Positions 41,818 through 55,789 of a stretch of DNA of 64,000 bases are shown piece after piece (the stretch's first letter is position 1; each line of letters begins with the position of its first letter). The notes under the pieces are model-generated. The model ran no database searches. It saw only the letters and a list, made by a program, of their open reading frames with translations, and was not told the DNA's origin. The translations under genes were made by a program, and so were the position numbers. The stretch spans positions 103,478,001-103,542,000 of the forward strand of contig OX597821.1 of the NCBI GenBank assembly GCA_951406725.2, in the 5' to 3' direction. The DNA comes from Octopus vulgaris (lineage: Eukaryota).

Positions 41818-41930
41818 AAACAGAAATACCCCGTTGTTGATGTTTAAATTCCAATGAAGAAGCCTTGGATCAAGGTTAGAAACCGGTTCTTTATTGGCAA
41901 GAAATCTTGAAATAAAATTGAATAATGACA
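41818..41930 (+). mobile_element. Terminal 3'UTR segment of the same REL element, copy 2
   Basis: gttgttgatgtttaaattccaatgaagaagccttggatcaaggttagaaaccgg...gaaataaaattgaataatgac, between (TACA)n tracts. Confidence 0.8.
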
Positions 41931-42410
41931 TACATTCATGTATGAATACATACATACATACATACATACATACATACATACATACACGCATATATATACA
42001 TAGCTGATGGCTGTCCATTTACGACCAAGGAAGATTAACACTGACCATTGCCCATGCTAAGATACAACAATGCCCGTGCTTGATGTCATTGCATCTAGGG
42101 TTGGATTCAGCCGGGTTTGTGCTCACAGCTTCCATGCTCGCAACGATGCCCTCTTACACGACTAGGCACTTTCATATAAAATTAGATATTCAGGAAATAG
42201 CATTTCGCATTTCGTAGATCTTTTGCTAGCGCTTGAGATCATGGAGCTTTTACATTCCTTAGCCTGCAATCCATGATGACATTGTGTATCTTGCCCAGAT
42301 TGTCTCTGGGACATTTGAGTAAGGCAGAGAGGGTCTGTGAGGTGTTGTGCGAGCCTTATTGAACCTAAAATCTTTGGTTGTGAAATTGCCGGCGAGGCGA
42401 CATACATACA

Positions 42411-42647
42411 GAAATTAGGCTTCACAAAACCAGAAAGGAGAAAGCTAATTCCAAGACTAAAGATCCATTCCATCAGTGGATCTGTAAAAATCTGTAAAAG
42501 TTTCCAGAAGTTTATCATTTAAATATATATATGAGCATGTCTAGATATGCTACTGTATGCATGAGAATACATACATAAAGCAAAGCATGCAAATCTGCAC
42601 ACATACATACATACATACATACATACATACATACATACATACATACA

Positions 42648-42680
<33 letters not shown>

Positions 42681-42801
42681 GAGTACAAACAAAAATACTC
42701 TGTTGCTGATGTTGAAATTCCAATGAAGGAGCCTTGGATCTAGGCTAGAAACCGCTTCTTTCTCTATTAGCAAGAAATCTTGAAATAAAACTGAACGATG
42801 T
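42411..42801 (+). mobile_element. REL element, copy 3
   Basis: KLGFTKPERRKLIPRLKIHSISGSVKICKSFQKFII*; starts immediately after catacataca and has the same 3'UTR. Confidence 0.8.
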
Positions 42802-42828
42802 CATGCATACATGAATACATGCATACAT

Positions 42829-43114
42829 TGAAGGCCCACAGCTCTTCAATATCCTCCCGAAGAACCTGAGAGACCTGCATGGGGTGGATACAGATGTCTT
42901 TAAAATGAAGCTGGATCTCTTCCTGTCAGGTGTCCCAGATGAACCAACTTCACGGCAAGAGGGGCAGATGAGGGCAGCTGCATCGAACTCTCTCATGCAC
43001 CAAATAGCAGTTGCTAGAAAGCCTCCATGAAGTGAAACCAAGTAGCAACACCAAATGGCGGTGCCCCAGCATGGCCACAGCTCATAAGCTGAAACTAGAA
43101 TCAATCAATCAATC
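42829..43114 (+). mobile_element. CR1/L2-group LINE 3' end with (AATC)n tail
   Basis: EGPQLFNILPKNLRDLHGVDTDVFKMKLDLFLSGVPDEPTSRQEGQMRAAASNSLMHQ...*; 3'UTR ggcggtgccccagcatggccacagctcataagctgaaac. Confidence 0.85.
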
Positions 43115-43491
43115 ATACATACATACTTACATACATACATAACTACCTTTATACATACATACATACATACATACATACGTACATACATAACTACCTTTAT
43201 ACTTACATATATACATACATAATACATACATACGTACGTATATACCTACCTTTATACATACATATATACATACATACTTATATACATACATAGTATTTCT
43301 TGTGTGTACAGTTCGTTGTATTACTACTTCTAGTGAGTTTAGAGGCTTCATCTAGAAGCTCCTAACCCAATCTACTTCTAGTAATGCGGTTTGGTTACTT
43401 ATGCTCCTAATAGTATTATCGATTATGATTTACAAAGAAAATATAGGAAAATGTATAACAAGTACAAAATCATTTTATATCAATTACACAC

Positions 43492-43553
43492 ACCGTACGT
43501 TTCACCGTTGTGGTTATATTCATTTTATGCATATAAGTGGGTCCCCAAGCGGT
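43492..43553 (-). ncRNA. Degenerate hammerhead-like motif
   Basis: ACCG-CUUGGGGA-(long hairpin uuauaugcau/augaauauaa)-GAAAC-GUA-CGGU has helix I and a loopless helix III, but the core is altered. Confidence 0.35.
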
Positions 43554-43849
43554 AACGAATGCTGGCACCACAACAATTCATCTGGGGGAAACATTATCGC
43601 ATTACATTTACCCATATCAAATGTTGTTATGGTTCATATTCATTTGCGTTTGGAACAAAGTAGCGGATGCAAATAAACATAATGATGAAACTTACTATGA
43701 GAATAAATGGGATAAACTACATCATGTGTTTAGCATAATTTACACACATAAATATATTGTTTGTAAATACGTAAGTTCATGTAAAGAAGATCTAGTAGGA
43801 GCGGTGAATCGCTATAAGGGGCATTGTTAAACAAAGGTTAGTAAAAAGA

Positions 43850-44070
43850 AAGGTGTGATAGTTAAATAAAAAGCAGTGAGAATCAGTGATCTCGAAGGAA
43901 GATAAGGGCTGGTATCGCAAAGCACCAGGGTCATGGTTCCTCTCTGTAACAAGATATAATTCACTTTAAGTTTGACTTGGGGGTCTAAATTGCGGATGGG
44001 ATTGCTGGGGCAGTTTCCTGTCTTATGGCGTGTCTTAGGCTTTTTATAAAACTGGTACAGTTTATTCAAA
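43850..44070 (-). pseudogene. Probable decayed Penelope-type RT fragment
   Basis: FYKKPKTRHKTGNCPSNPI...LDPQVKLKVNYI...LPSRSLILTA resembles PLE RT FYxLPKxHK...RPI...LxPxV...YI...LPxxxLLxTxD. Confidence 0.4.
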
Positions 44071-45116
44071 TCAAGGTCTGAGAAAATACTTATTACAAAA
44101 GGAGTGACAGAGAGAAACGAAAAAGTAAAAAGGAAATGAAGGGAGGTAGGTGGGCGGAGACTGAAGAATGAAGCTCTGTACTAGACTAAGTAAGTCATTT
44201 ATGAAGCTAGGGAGGACGACAGAGTTGACCTCGGAGTGAGGTGAATCGGGAATGTAGAGTCAGCAATTCTGCAACGCAATTATTCGATGCACTAACGCGA
44301 TAGCCAATTCCCAATAATACATACATACGTACATACATACATACATACATACATACATACATACATACATACATACACATATACGTACATACGTACATAT
44401 GTGCATTCATACATACATACATTAATGCATACATAAGTAGATACGTACATACATACATGCATAATTGCATTCATACATGCATACATACATATATGTATAC
44501 ATACATATATGCATACATATAGACATACATATACATATATATATGCATACATACTTGATACATTTACACGCACATACATACATATTACATACAGTTACAC
44601 ACACATACATACACACATACATGTATACATACATGCATACTTACATACATACATACACACACATGCATACATACATACATATATCCATGCATACATAAAC
44701 ATAGATATATATGTGCTCTCAGATATACACGTATATATTTACACATACACACACACATACATTCACACGCACACATATTGCACTATGTGGAACTGACATG
44801 TCAATGGAAAGATCCACTGTTTGCGAATCGTAATACAAAAAAAAGGGCAACTAAAAGAGGTTGATACAGGACTTGCCCTTTGACCTCGTAAAACCTACAC
44901 CAGCAGCGCCCATCTAAACAAACTCAAGGGTTTGAAAATTTTCGACTGCGTGGTGCGACGGTATCGTCTGCTAAGAGCAGAGAATCACCAAAAAATGTTG
45001 GGTCACACGCTGTTACAGCGCATGCGCACATATTACTACGACTTCTATAAATATATTTTATATGTGTGTCTGTGTGTGTGTTTGTTCTATTTCGGAGAAA
45101 TCGGAAGAAGACACTA

Positions 45117-45429
45117 ATTCTTCTTTCGCCCTTTTCAAGCCTAGCCAAGCTCATGAGCCCGTTTTCCTGGTTTCTGTGGCGTATGTGTTCCCCCCAGTTG
45201 GACGGGACACCACTCTATCACAGCGCTACTCAAGAAACAGGAAAAGAGAGCGAGAGAAAGTTGTAGCGAAAGAGTACAATAAGGGTCGCCACCACCCCTT
45301 GCCGGAGCCTCGTGGAGCTTTTAGGTGTTTTCGCTCAATAAACACACTCAACGCCCGGTCTGGGAATCGAAACCGCGATCCTCCGACCGCGAGTCCGCTG
45401 CTCTAACCACTGGGCCATTGCGCCTCCAC
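45117..45429 (-). mobile_element. SINE family C, short-tail variant
   Basis: Near-consensus head; 12-bp TSD aagaagacacta at 45105-45116 and 45430-45441. Confidence 0.93.
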
Positions 45430-45631
45430 AAGAAGACACTACAGAAAAAATACAATTTTTGAAGTCATTCGTCTTTCATGTACTTATTGAATTTATTCTT
45501 ATTTACTTCGCTATTACTCTACATTTAAATACTGAGTAAATTACAGTCTGGTTTTTGGCTGTTTGTACATTATACAGGCAATACACACACACACACACAC
45601 GAACATGTATGTATGTATGTGTGTATGTATG

Positions 45632-45701
<70 letters not shown>

Positions 45702-46216
45702 CAGAACTAATGTTATTACTATTCTCCTGATCATTAGCATAATCAAAATCGATATCATGGCGACCGATTTACATTCCACAACATCTGCAAGTGCTGCGAT
45801 ACCAACGCAAACATCACTCTAGTCTCTATTTTAAATCATGAACTACTTATTAAAACACTTCATCGTATTAAGCATTCATGAGAAACGAAGAACAACGCCA
45901 TGATGGATGCTACTATTTCTACAAAATCTCTCAACCATTCGATGTAGTACAAAGATCATTTTCGAACCATTTTCCATTGTCTTCTAAAACATAAGTGAGG
46001 GTTGTACTGAATAGTGCAGTCTTTGATGTAAAATAATATCAGAGTGGTTACGGTTGGAATAAATTTTAATCATAGGTCTACAAGCTTAAGGGTCGCCTTC
46101 GGCTAAATAATGCCTCTAAAGCCATCTGCCACCAACAAACACTGGCTTCATTACTAGCTTCTACAAACAAATTTAAAATTTTACACATATGTATTATATA
46201 TATATATATATATATG

Positions 46217-46335
<119 letters not shown>

Positions 46336-46499
46336 TATATGTATATATATATGTATGTATATATTATATATTTATATGTGCATATATATATATACATATA
46401 TATATATGTATGCACACACACATACATATATATATACACATACACACATACACACATATACGAAGATGATGGCTGTAGGGTTTTTGATTTGGGTAAAAT

Positions 46500-46780
46500 T
46501 TGGATTGTTTTGCATAGGGGCCATTCAGATTCACGCCTTCGCCGTGAACAAGACATAATCTTCTCTCTTCACTCCTTTGCGCCGCATGGGCTCAACTCCC
46601 TTCCCCTCTTTATCAGACTTCCTCCTCTAACCTCTCTTCATCTCATATCTACTTCCTCTCTTCAGTCCCACCCACCTCTTCTCTCCTCTCTTGTCCTGAC
46701 ACCTATATAATCTCTTCACTCCTACCCGCATTTTCCCTTCATCCTTACGTCCTCCTTCCACATCCTACTTCTACACATCC
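46500..46780 (+). pseudogene. Penelope-like element ORF C-terminus (GIY-YIG end) plus pyrimidine-rich 3' region
   Basis: [29 protein letters not shown] fits the PLE GIY-YIG motif RxxRExxxIxxLxxxxPxGLN; lies between (TA)-rich tracts. Confidence 0.7.
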
Positions 46781-46987
46781 CTAGACCACAAAATACGAAG
46801 AAAAGTTTGTATGAACAATATATCTATATATATATATACATATATATACATACATATATATATACTTATATATACATTTATACATACATATGCATATATA
46901 CATATATATATATATACATACATATGCATATATACATACATGTATATATATATATATACATACATATGCATATATACATATGCATAT

Positions 46988-47026
<39 letters not shown>

Positions 47027-47086
47027 CATATATATGCATACATACATATATATACATATATATATATATATACATATATACATATA

Positions 47087-47119
<33 letters not shown>

Positions 47120-47872
47120 ACATATATACATATACATATATATATATATATATACACGTTATATGATTGTGTATATTTCGGGTTGTATTATTCAAAACCA
47201 GCATAAAACTAACATTGTCTACTTATCCAGTATTTGTAAGCCATAAGCAAACTAACTTCAAGAAAATCGTCGCTGTCGCCGCCGCCTCCACCACCATTAC
47301 CATCATCATCATCGTCATCACCATCGTGTCCTGTATGCTACGTAGCAAATTTCCTTCGTTACAGAGACACCAACAGTGAACTAGACACATTAATCTTCTT
47401 CAGTTTCGACCAAGACGGCTGCAAATGATCGTTGAACTTTCTCCTCAGTGGTATTACTTCAACGCAGAAGGTTGCAAATATTTTCATAGCAGACATCTAG
47501 CGGAAATACGTTAGTAGGGCACTGGAAACAAGAGCTACGTCCACGACCACCTCCACCTACGCTACCACAAACGACAATAACCACTGCAGAGAAGAAAAAT
47601 AATGTGCAACAACAGGAAGAGCCATAGCTATCAATATCATGAATCATAATAATGAATACTGGTTTAATATTGAAGAGAATTATCTCTGATGTCAGTGAAA
47701 GTAACTGCCATTGGAAACGATACTACGAGAGAGATTCCGTGTGTTTAGTTAAGCTGTCAGAAACAGTAGCCAAATCACACGCTCACAGAAACTGTAAGAA
47801 GCTCGCTGTACACACACACACACACATATATGCACACACATACATACATACATACATACATACATACATACA

Positions 47873-47904
<32 letters not shown>

Positions 47905-47905
<1 letters not shown>

Positions 47906-48085
47906 GTTTTCATTCCTCCACTATGTATTTCATATCTTCTCTATAATAACTATTACACAAGCGTTTTCTCGCACCTTCTCTGATGAACAGGATATACAAA
48001 ATATCCCCGAAACGGCTTAAGACCTCTTTATAAATGATCTGAAAACTATTCACAGCCTTGTATTTTTTATCATTCTGTTAATTTA
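47905..48085 (+). mobile_element. PLE-type short element with a hammerhead at 47977-48022
   Basis: UCU-CUGAUGA-aca-GGAUAU-acaaa-AUAUCC-cc-GAAA-cggcu-UA-AGA; same family as 12755-12990. Confidence 0.62.
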
Positions 48086-48217
48086 TACACACACACACAT
48101 ATATATATATATATACAGACACACACAAGTATATAAGAAAACAACAATATAACAAACAAAATCTCACAGGTAGCCGACAATTGACACTTGCACCAAGAAT
48201 ACTAACTACACGCGATA

Positions 48218-48262
<45 letters not shown>

Positions 48263-48454
48263 TGTGTTTGTATCTGTGCTTTTCCCCAACCGCAGCTGCA
48301 CAACTTGCGTTAGTTTCTTTACGTCTCTCTAACTTAGAATAGCATTCGAGGCTAAAAGCTCTTCAAGTCTGCCATCTAATGATCGAAACACACTCACCAA
48401 TAGGTTTATCATTGATTCCGTGAAATATTCACGGGTTCCGCTTGTATGTATTAT

Positions 48455-48985
48455 TTTGTTTGAAGGATTTTAGGCGAACAAATTAACTCCATGACTTATC
48501 TTTTAAGCCTAGTAATTATTCTATCGATCGATCTTTTGCCGAACCGCTAACTTACAGGGACGTAAACACACCAATACCGGTTGTCAAACGCTGGAGGGGG
48601 ATGGAGAAACAAATACAAAAGCACAGAAACAAATATATATGCATGTATATATACGACAGGCTTTTTTCAGTTTCCATCTACGAAACCCATTCACAAGGCT
48701 TAGCTCGACCCGAGGCTATAGTAGAATACATTTTCCTACGGTGCCACGCAATGAGATCGAACCCGGAATACCATATCTTCACTCCACAATACCATATCTT
48801 TTATCTTTCACGTTCTTACTTCTGTCTGTGGACTGCTCCCATGCTTCAAGCGTTTTAGTCAAACAAATGGACCCTAATGCTTTGATGTCTTGTTGGTTTT
48901 TTTTTCTAAGTGTGACTCTTATTCTATCGGTTACATTAGCCGAACCACTATATTACGACGCGTAAACAAACCGATACCGGTCGGT
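48455..48985 (-). mobile_element. Two decayed family A SINEs
   Basis: aagcctagtaattattctatcg...ttttgccgaaccgctaac...ggtgccacgcaatgagatcgaacccgg. Confidence 0.78.
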
Positions 48986-49377
48986 TTCTTTACATTCATT
49001 ACTTAACATCTTCTTCCCGAAAGGGAGAGAAAGAGGGTAAAGATGGAGAGAGGATAAATGGAGGGGATAGGGAGTTATAGATAAAGGGAGTTTTGGTCTT
49101 GCTCGATTACGTTTTGGTTTTGCTAATTTTTTCTTGAGAACATTTCTTAGTGGTAAGACCATAGCAGATCTATTTCTAGCATAAGGGTGTCCACATAGTG
49201 GTTTCCCTCTAATATGTATATAATACAATTTTACTGAACCTTCAGTTTTTTTATATGCTAGACCACTGGTGTGAAATCGATGTTAATTAAATTACTATCT
49301 AATTTCTCACCCTCATTTAAAATTTATATATATATATATATATATAAATGTATGCGAATATATAAATGTATGTGAAT

Positions 49378-49445
49378 GGTGGTGCCCCAGCATGGCCACA
49401 GCTCGTGAGCTGAAACTTAATAAAATAATGATAATAATAATAATA
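49378..49445 (+). mobile_element. Extreme 3' end of the CR1/L2-group LINE seen at 42829-43114
   Basis: ggtggtgccccagcatggccacagctcgtgagctgaaact followed by (TAA)n. Confidence 0.75.
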
Positions 49446-50334
49446 ATCATAATATATATATATATATATTTACACGGCAGACTTCTTCCAGTTCCCGTTT
49501 ACCAAATCCACTGATAAGTTTGCAGTCGACTCGGTATCTTAGATGGCGCTTGCCAAGGGTAACATACAGTGGGACTGAACCCGCGACAACATAGCGTGAA
49601 AGAGATGTCTATCTAAAAATTAAAAACTACCTGCGATGCTCTATATTGGATCGTCTTTGATCATGAAACTGCTCGTTACGGGCTGGCACAGATACCAAAC
49701 CCAATTCTGACTTTCAAGTCTTCCTCCGCTATCTTCTGTAAGATAGTCACGCCGCCGCCGCCGCCATCGATACCACCACCACCACCATACTCTCTACCAC
49801 TACGGCTATAGTGACATCAAGTAATATTAATAACGAAATAAAGATTCTAATGACAAGAATTGCTGCAACAAATTTATCATTTCCCATCGGAGACATCACC
49901 ACCAGCAAATAGAGAGCAGCAACGAATAATTGTGTAGGTGTGTGCGTGCGTGTGTATGTGTGAGCATCTGCGCCTGTATGCGTGTGCGTTTGTATGTGTG
50001 TGTTGTTTGAGGAGCTGTTACATTTATTAATTTTATTCTCGTTTTATACACACGCATTCGCACGTATGTACAAGTTGTGTGCTTGTGTATATGGAGATAC
50101 ACACACAGAATCATACACACACTCACATATGCATATATATGCATGCATATATACGTATACAGAGGGAGGGATACAGATACGCGCGAACATATATATACAC
50201 ACACATTACATCGAGTGGCATGCATACATACATATTTGTATGCAAAGATGCAAACCTATATACACGCATATATGTGCACAAACACACACACATGCACACA
50301 TACACACACACACGCACGCACACGTACACATATT

Positions 50335-50447
50335 CAGATAGACTACCACATAGATATGCACACACACGCCCACAAACACACAGGCACGCACGCACTCATG
50401 CACATAGATACATTTGTATTTAGACAGAACACTACATAGATATGAAT

Positions 50448-50490
<43 letters not shown>

Positions 50491-51170
50491 CACACAGACA
50501 CAGACACACACATAGACATACATATATGTATATATAGATTGACCATCACATAGATATGAATACACACGCTCACACACAGACGCAGACACACACACGCATG
50601 CACACATACACATGCATATAAGTATATATATAAATAGACCACACGTTCACATAGATACAGACACGCACGCACACACACATGCTCGTACATATATGTATAT
50701 ATAGATAGATTACCACATAGATATGTGCACACACGTTCATATACATACACACACATACGCACACACATACACATACATATATGTATATATAAATAGACCA
50801 CCACATAGATATGCACACACACGTTGAAATACATACACACACACGCACACGCACATACACATACATTTATGCATATATATAGACCACCACATAGATATGT
50901 ACACACACGTTGACATACATACACATACACACACATACACATACATATATGTATATATATATATCGACAGACTACCACATAGATATGTACACACACGTTG
51001 ACATACATATACACGCACGCACACACACATACATATATGTATATATATATAGACAGACTACCACATAGATATGTACACACACGTTCATATACATATACAC
51101 ACACGCACACACACATACACATACATATATGTATATATAGATAGACCACCACATAGATATGCATACACAC
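50335..51170. repeat. About 87-bp minisatellite built from microsatellite modules
   Basis: The anchor cacatagatatg recurs at about 50714, 50802, 50888, 50976, 51062 and 51149, with looser copies back to 50347. Confidence 0.85.
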
Positions 51171-52395
51171 CCTCAGACACACACATACACAAACACACAC
51201 GCACACACACACACCAGCACACACACACACAAGCCTCACCTATACAAACATATATGTATATTTAAAGAGACCCCCACTTAGATATACGCACACACGCTCA
51301 GACAGACACAAACGCTCAGACACACACACACGCTCAGGCACACACACGCTCAGATACACACATCTCAGACACACACACATACGCTCAGACACACACACAC
51401 GCTCAGACACACACACACGCTCAGACACACACACACACACACATGTATATATACTTGATACAGATATATACATACACACACACACGCTGAAACGAAGAAG
51501 AGCAATGGAAAAAGAAAGGCATACCTATGATATTTATTTATTGACAGTGATCCCCATCGCGCATAGATTAGCATAGGGCCCCTAGACCCGTGGGAGACCC
51601 ACGGGTAACTGACCAGTGTGCCCGTTCAATGAAGTCGCGCTGTATTCGACTAAACCGACGATAGATAGCAGCATTAGTACATAGACCAACACTAATACAT
51701 TGTAGCATAATCATCCAACACCACTACCACTGCTACCACCCACGTCACCACTAGAGGAGCTGTAGCCAACCTTGGCACAAACACCACCATCATCAGCGCT
51801 ACCATTAAGCACAGCTACATCAGAAACAAATTACTAAAGTTAGCGAGTCTGAAAAGTCAATAATAAAGGTCGTTGATTAGATTAATAGGTTTTGTGTTTG
51901 CGGAGAGAGAAGGAGGGAAGGAGTGAGAGAGAGAGAGAGAGAGTGAGAGAGAGAGAGAGGGAGAGAGGGGGAGGTAAGAAGGGAGAGAGGATAGAGGGAA
52001 GCGAGTGAGAGAGAGTTATCGATAAAGAACGAGAGAGGAGAACGTGATGAGGAATAAGTAGATGGGAAGAAAGAGAAGGCGGGAGGGAGAGAGACAAGAG
52101 GGAGAAAGAGAGATAGAAGGAATGATTGTGTATGAGTATGAGAGACGGAGAGAGAAAAAGAGAGAGCGAAGGGGTAGAAGTAGGTGAGAGGGAGCTATAG
52201 TTAAAGTGAGAGAGAGGAGAACGTGATGAGGAATAAGTAGAAGGTGGGGAGGGTGAAAGAAGAAAACGTGTTCCTGTGTATGAGTAAAGAGAGAGGGGGA
52301 GGTATAAGGTGGAGGGGTGAAAGAGAAGATGGTAGCGAGAGAGAGAGAGTAGGGGAGAGAGAGAGACAGAATGCTTGTGTATGTGTATGATAGAA

Positions 52396-52428
<33 letters not shown>

Positions 52429-52692
52429 AGGAGAAAGAGGGAGATAAGAGAAAGTAATGACGAGAGAGGTAAAGTCTGCGAAGAAAGAAAAGAAGAAAGA
52501 GAGAGTTATTCCAAGAAAGAGGGGCTGTGTATACACACAGACACACAAATGTACACATACATACATTATATATACATGTGAGTGTGTGTGCGTGTGAGTA
52601 TGTGTATGCATATATGTATATATATTTGTATGTATTTATGTATGGTTTCTATGTATGTATATACATACGCACATACATACATATATATATGC

Positions 52693-52748
<56 letters not shown>

Positions 52749-52874
52749 GTGTATGTATATATAAGTATGTATATATATATGTATATATATGTATATATAT
52801 ATATGTATGTATATATATATGTATATATATGCATATATATATATATGTATGTATATATATATGTATATATATGC

Positions 52875-52935
<61 letters not shown>

Positions 52936-53408
52936 TGTATGTGTGTATATATACAAGGTCTTATATACAAACAAAGAGAGGAGGGCAGAGGCTGGTTTCG
53001 GAACTTGTATTAAATAGACTCTGGATAGACGTTCATAGTTCGAAGCAAAGAGTTAAAACAAGGAAGAAGATCGATAGTAGAAGAATGGAAGGAGTACAAG
53101 AAGACAGGACGATGGAAGGCAACGTCGTAGAATTAGGTGAAAAGTTGCCACGACAATGGAAACAATTGCAAAACAATGGTGGAATATAGAACAGAAATAT
53201 AATGGCGTCATTGAGAGTGAAAAACGGAGCGTTGCTACTCCCGCCGCTGCTGCTGTTGTTGTTGATGCGGTTGTGTTGGTGGTGGTGGTGGTGGTGGTGG
53301 CTGTTGCAGTTCTTGTTGTTACTGCTGCTGTGTTAGCTTCAGCCAACATCATGATTTAGAAAACCCTATGAGTCATTCCATCCGTGGCCATTTCTTCTCT
53401 GTGTATAT

Positions 53409-53649
53409 CAGTGGTTTACGACCATGTTTTTTGCCAATGGATTTCTATAATTCCATAGCCATTGGATGCATATACAAAAAAATTCCTATTATATTTACAT
53501 AATTCAATATTGTTGGGAATTATACTTAAAAAATTCTTCGAATATTTTGTGTACTGTAGAAATATAGCTAATTTCTTAAACATAAATCTTAACAACAAAA
53601 TCTTATACGATCCCTTATGGGCCATGATGACCTCGGTTGACAACCACTG
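53409..53649. mobile_element. hAT-type MITE
   Basis: TIRs cagtggtttacgacc / ggttgacaaccactg; 8-bp TSD gtgtatat (53401-53408) vs gtttatat (53650-53657). Confidence 0.8.
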
Positions 53650-54049
53650 GTTTATATCCTTGCTTTAGTTAGCAACGTATCTAAGGGTTGAACAGACAGG
53701 ACCGTTCGTAAAGGGAGCGAAATTCTTAGCAGCAGTTAGTCGCGGAATTAAACCACAGATGTCGCTGGCGCACAGTTTTAACTGAATGAACTGAAGCCAG
53801 GTGAAATAAATTAATTTGCTGGAGAACACAGCACCTCGTAATGTTGGAGAATCGAACTCACCACACAACAACCATAATGCCAAAAATCTTAAAGCAAGTC
53901 CACCCGCCTACACTCTGGATCAGTGGTTCTCAAACGTTTTGCTTCTGTTTTGTTTTTGTCTACGGACCATTTGGATTCCTATTCTATCCGTAGCTGTTCG
54001 AGGTTAAAAAAAAAAATCAAATATGATTTTAGAATTTAAATACTGGTTT

Positions 54050-54457
54050 CCAATTTTGGTACAAGGCCAGCAATATCGGGAGAAGGGATCAGTTGATTAC
54101 AGTGCTCAAGTGAGGGATTATTTCATTAAACCGGAAAGGCAAAATTGACTTCGGCGGAAATTTCAACTCGGAAAATAAACTCGGACGAAATGTCACTAAG
54201 AAATTTGCCCGGCGTGCTAACGATTCTTCCAGCTCACAGCCGTAATAATCATTTCTACTAAAGGTAAAAGACCTGAAATTTTGTGGGGAGGGACTAGTCG
54301 ATTACATCGATCCCAGTATTTCACTGGTACTGAATTTATCGACCCCGAAAAATTGAGGGGCAAAGTCGACCCCGGCGAAATTTGAACCCAGAATGTAAAG
54401 ACGGACGAAATACCACTAAGGATTTTGCCGGGCGTGCTAACGATCCTGCCAGCCCGT
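54050..54457 (-). mobile_element. Two tandem decayed family B SINEs (type-2 tail)
   Basis: Two copies of tttgcc(c/g)ggcgtgctaacgat(t/c)ct.ccagc and of the core. Confidence 0.8.
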
Positions 54458-54514
54458 TGTACTTCGTCCCCTTAATCATGATAATAATAATAATTTCAAA
54501 TGAAATTACTTGTG

Positions 54515-54977
<463 letters not shown>

Positions 54978-55789
54978 AATGAGTAGTAAGAATCGTTTAA
55001 TAAAGCAACAGGGAAAAGAAACGAAATAAAATTTAAAAAACACGGTAACAAGTTGGGGAAATACAAGTGTAACAACCATAATAGCAGAGCCAGACATCTT
55101 CGATAAGAAGTTAAGAGGAGCAGAAAATGAAGTACTTTAAGTCGATTTAAAGAATCTAGAGGTTGCAAATGGAAGTCTACTCGTGTTTGGTTTGGTACTC
55201 CGATAATGCAATTAAGTGTAATTAAATAAAAAAAATAACATAAATGTTTGACAAATTAATCTAGCATTGAATTCAGAGAAGCTTTTTGGGAAAACCTAAT
55301 CAAATCTATCTTCAACAGAGCGCTAACAAATTATAATTGTGCAAGAGCAAGGAGGAGGAGGATGAGTGTTGTATGGTGTAATGTGATGGGGGAGAGTTAA
55401 AAAGAAACAAAAGTAAAATAAAATAAACAGACAATAAAAACACAAAAGAAATAGACAAGATCTAGGAGGAGATGAAGAGAAGGACGGAGTTTAAAGAGCA
55501 AAACTAGGGAAAAAACCGATTTAGTAGCAAAAGCATTGTATGGCTACGGTTCGGTAATTACAAGTCATTATTCATAAATTCTACAGTTGTAAAGGCCACA
55601 GATCCGAACTGGAGGGCTTATTTATGGTTCATACTTGGCTGGTTCATAGTTTTTTAAGTTCAGTTCGAATTTGCCTTTTTCTTATTATTTTGTAGTTGAG
55701 TCGATTGATTAAATCCTTACATAAAATAGATGAAATAATTTTGTTGTTGCAAATTATCATCAATGTTTTATATAATCATATTAGTTGAT

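Noticed and set aside
41850-41892. Hammerhead-like scaffold in the REL element 3'UTR (ccaatga...gaaaccggtt)
   Set aside because: All three copies have CCAAT(G/C)A rather than CUGANGA, and helix I does not pair.
42003-42400. GC-richer segment, possibly an old RTE fragment
   Set aside because: No motif I could identify; left unclassified.
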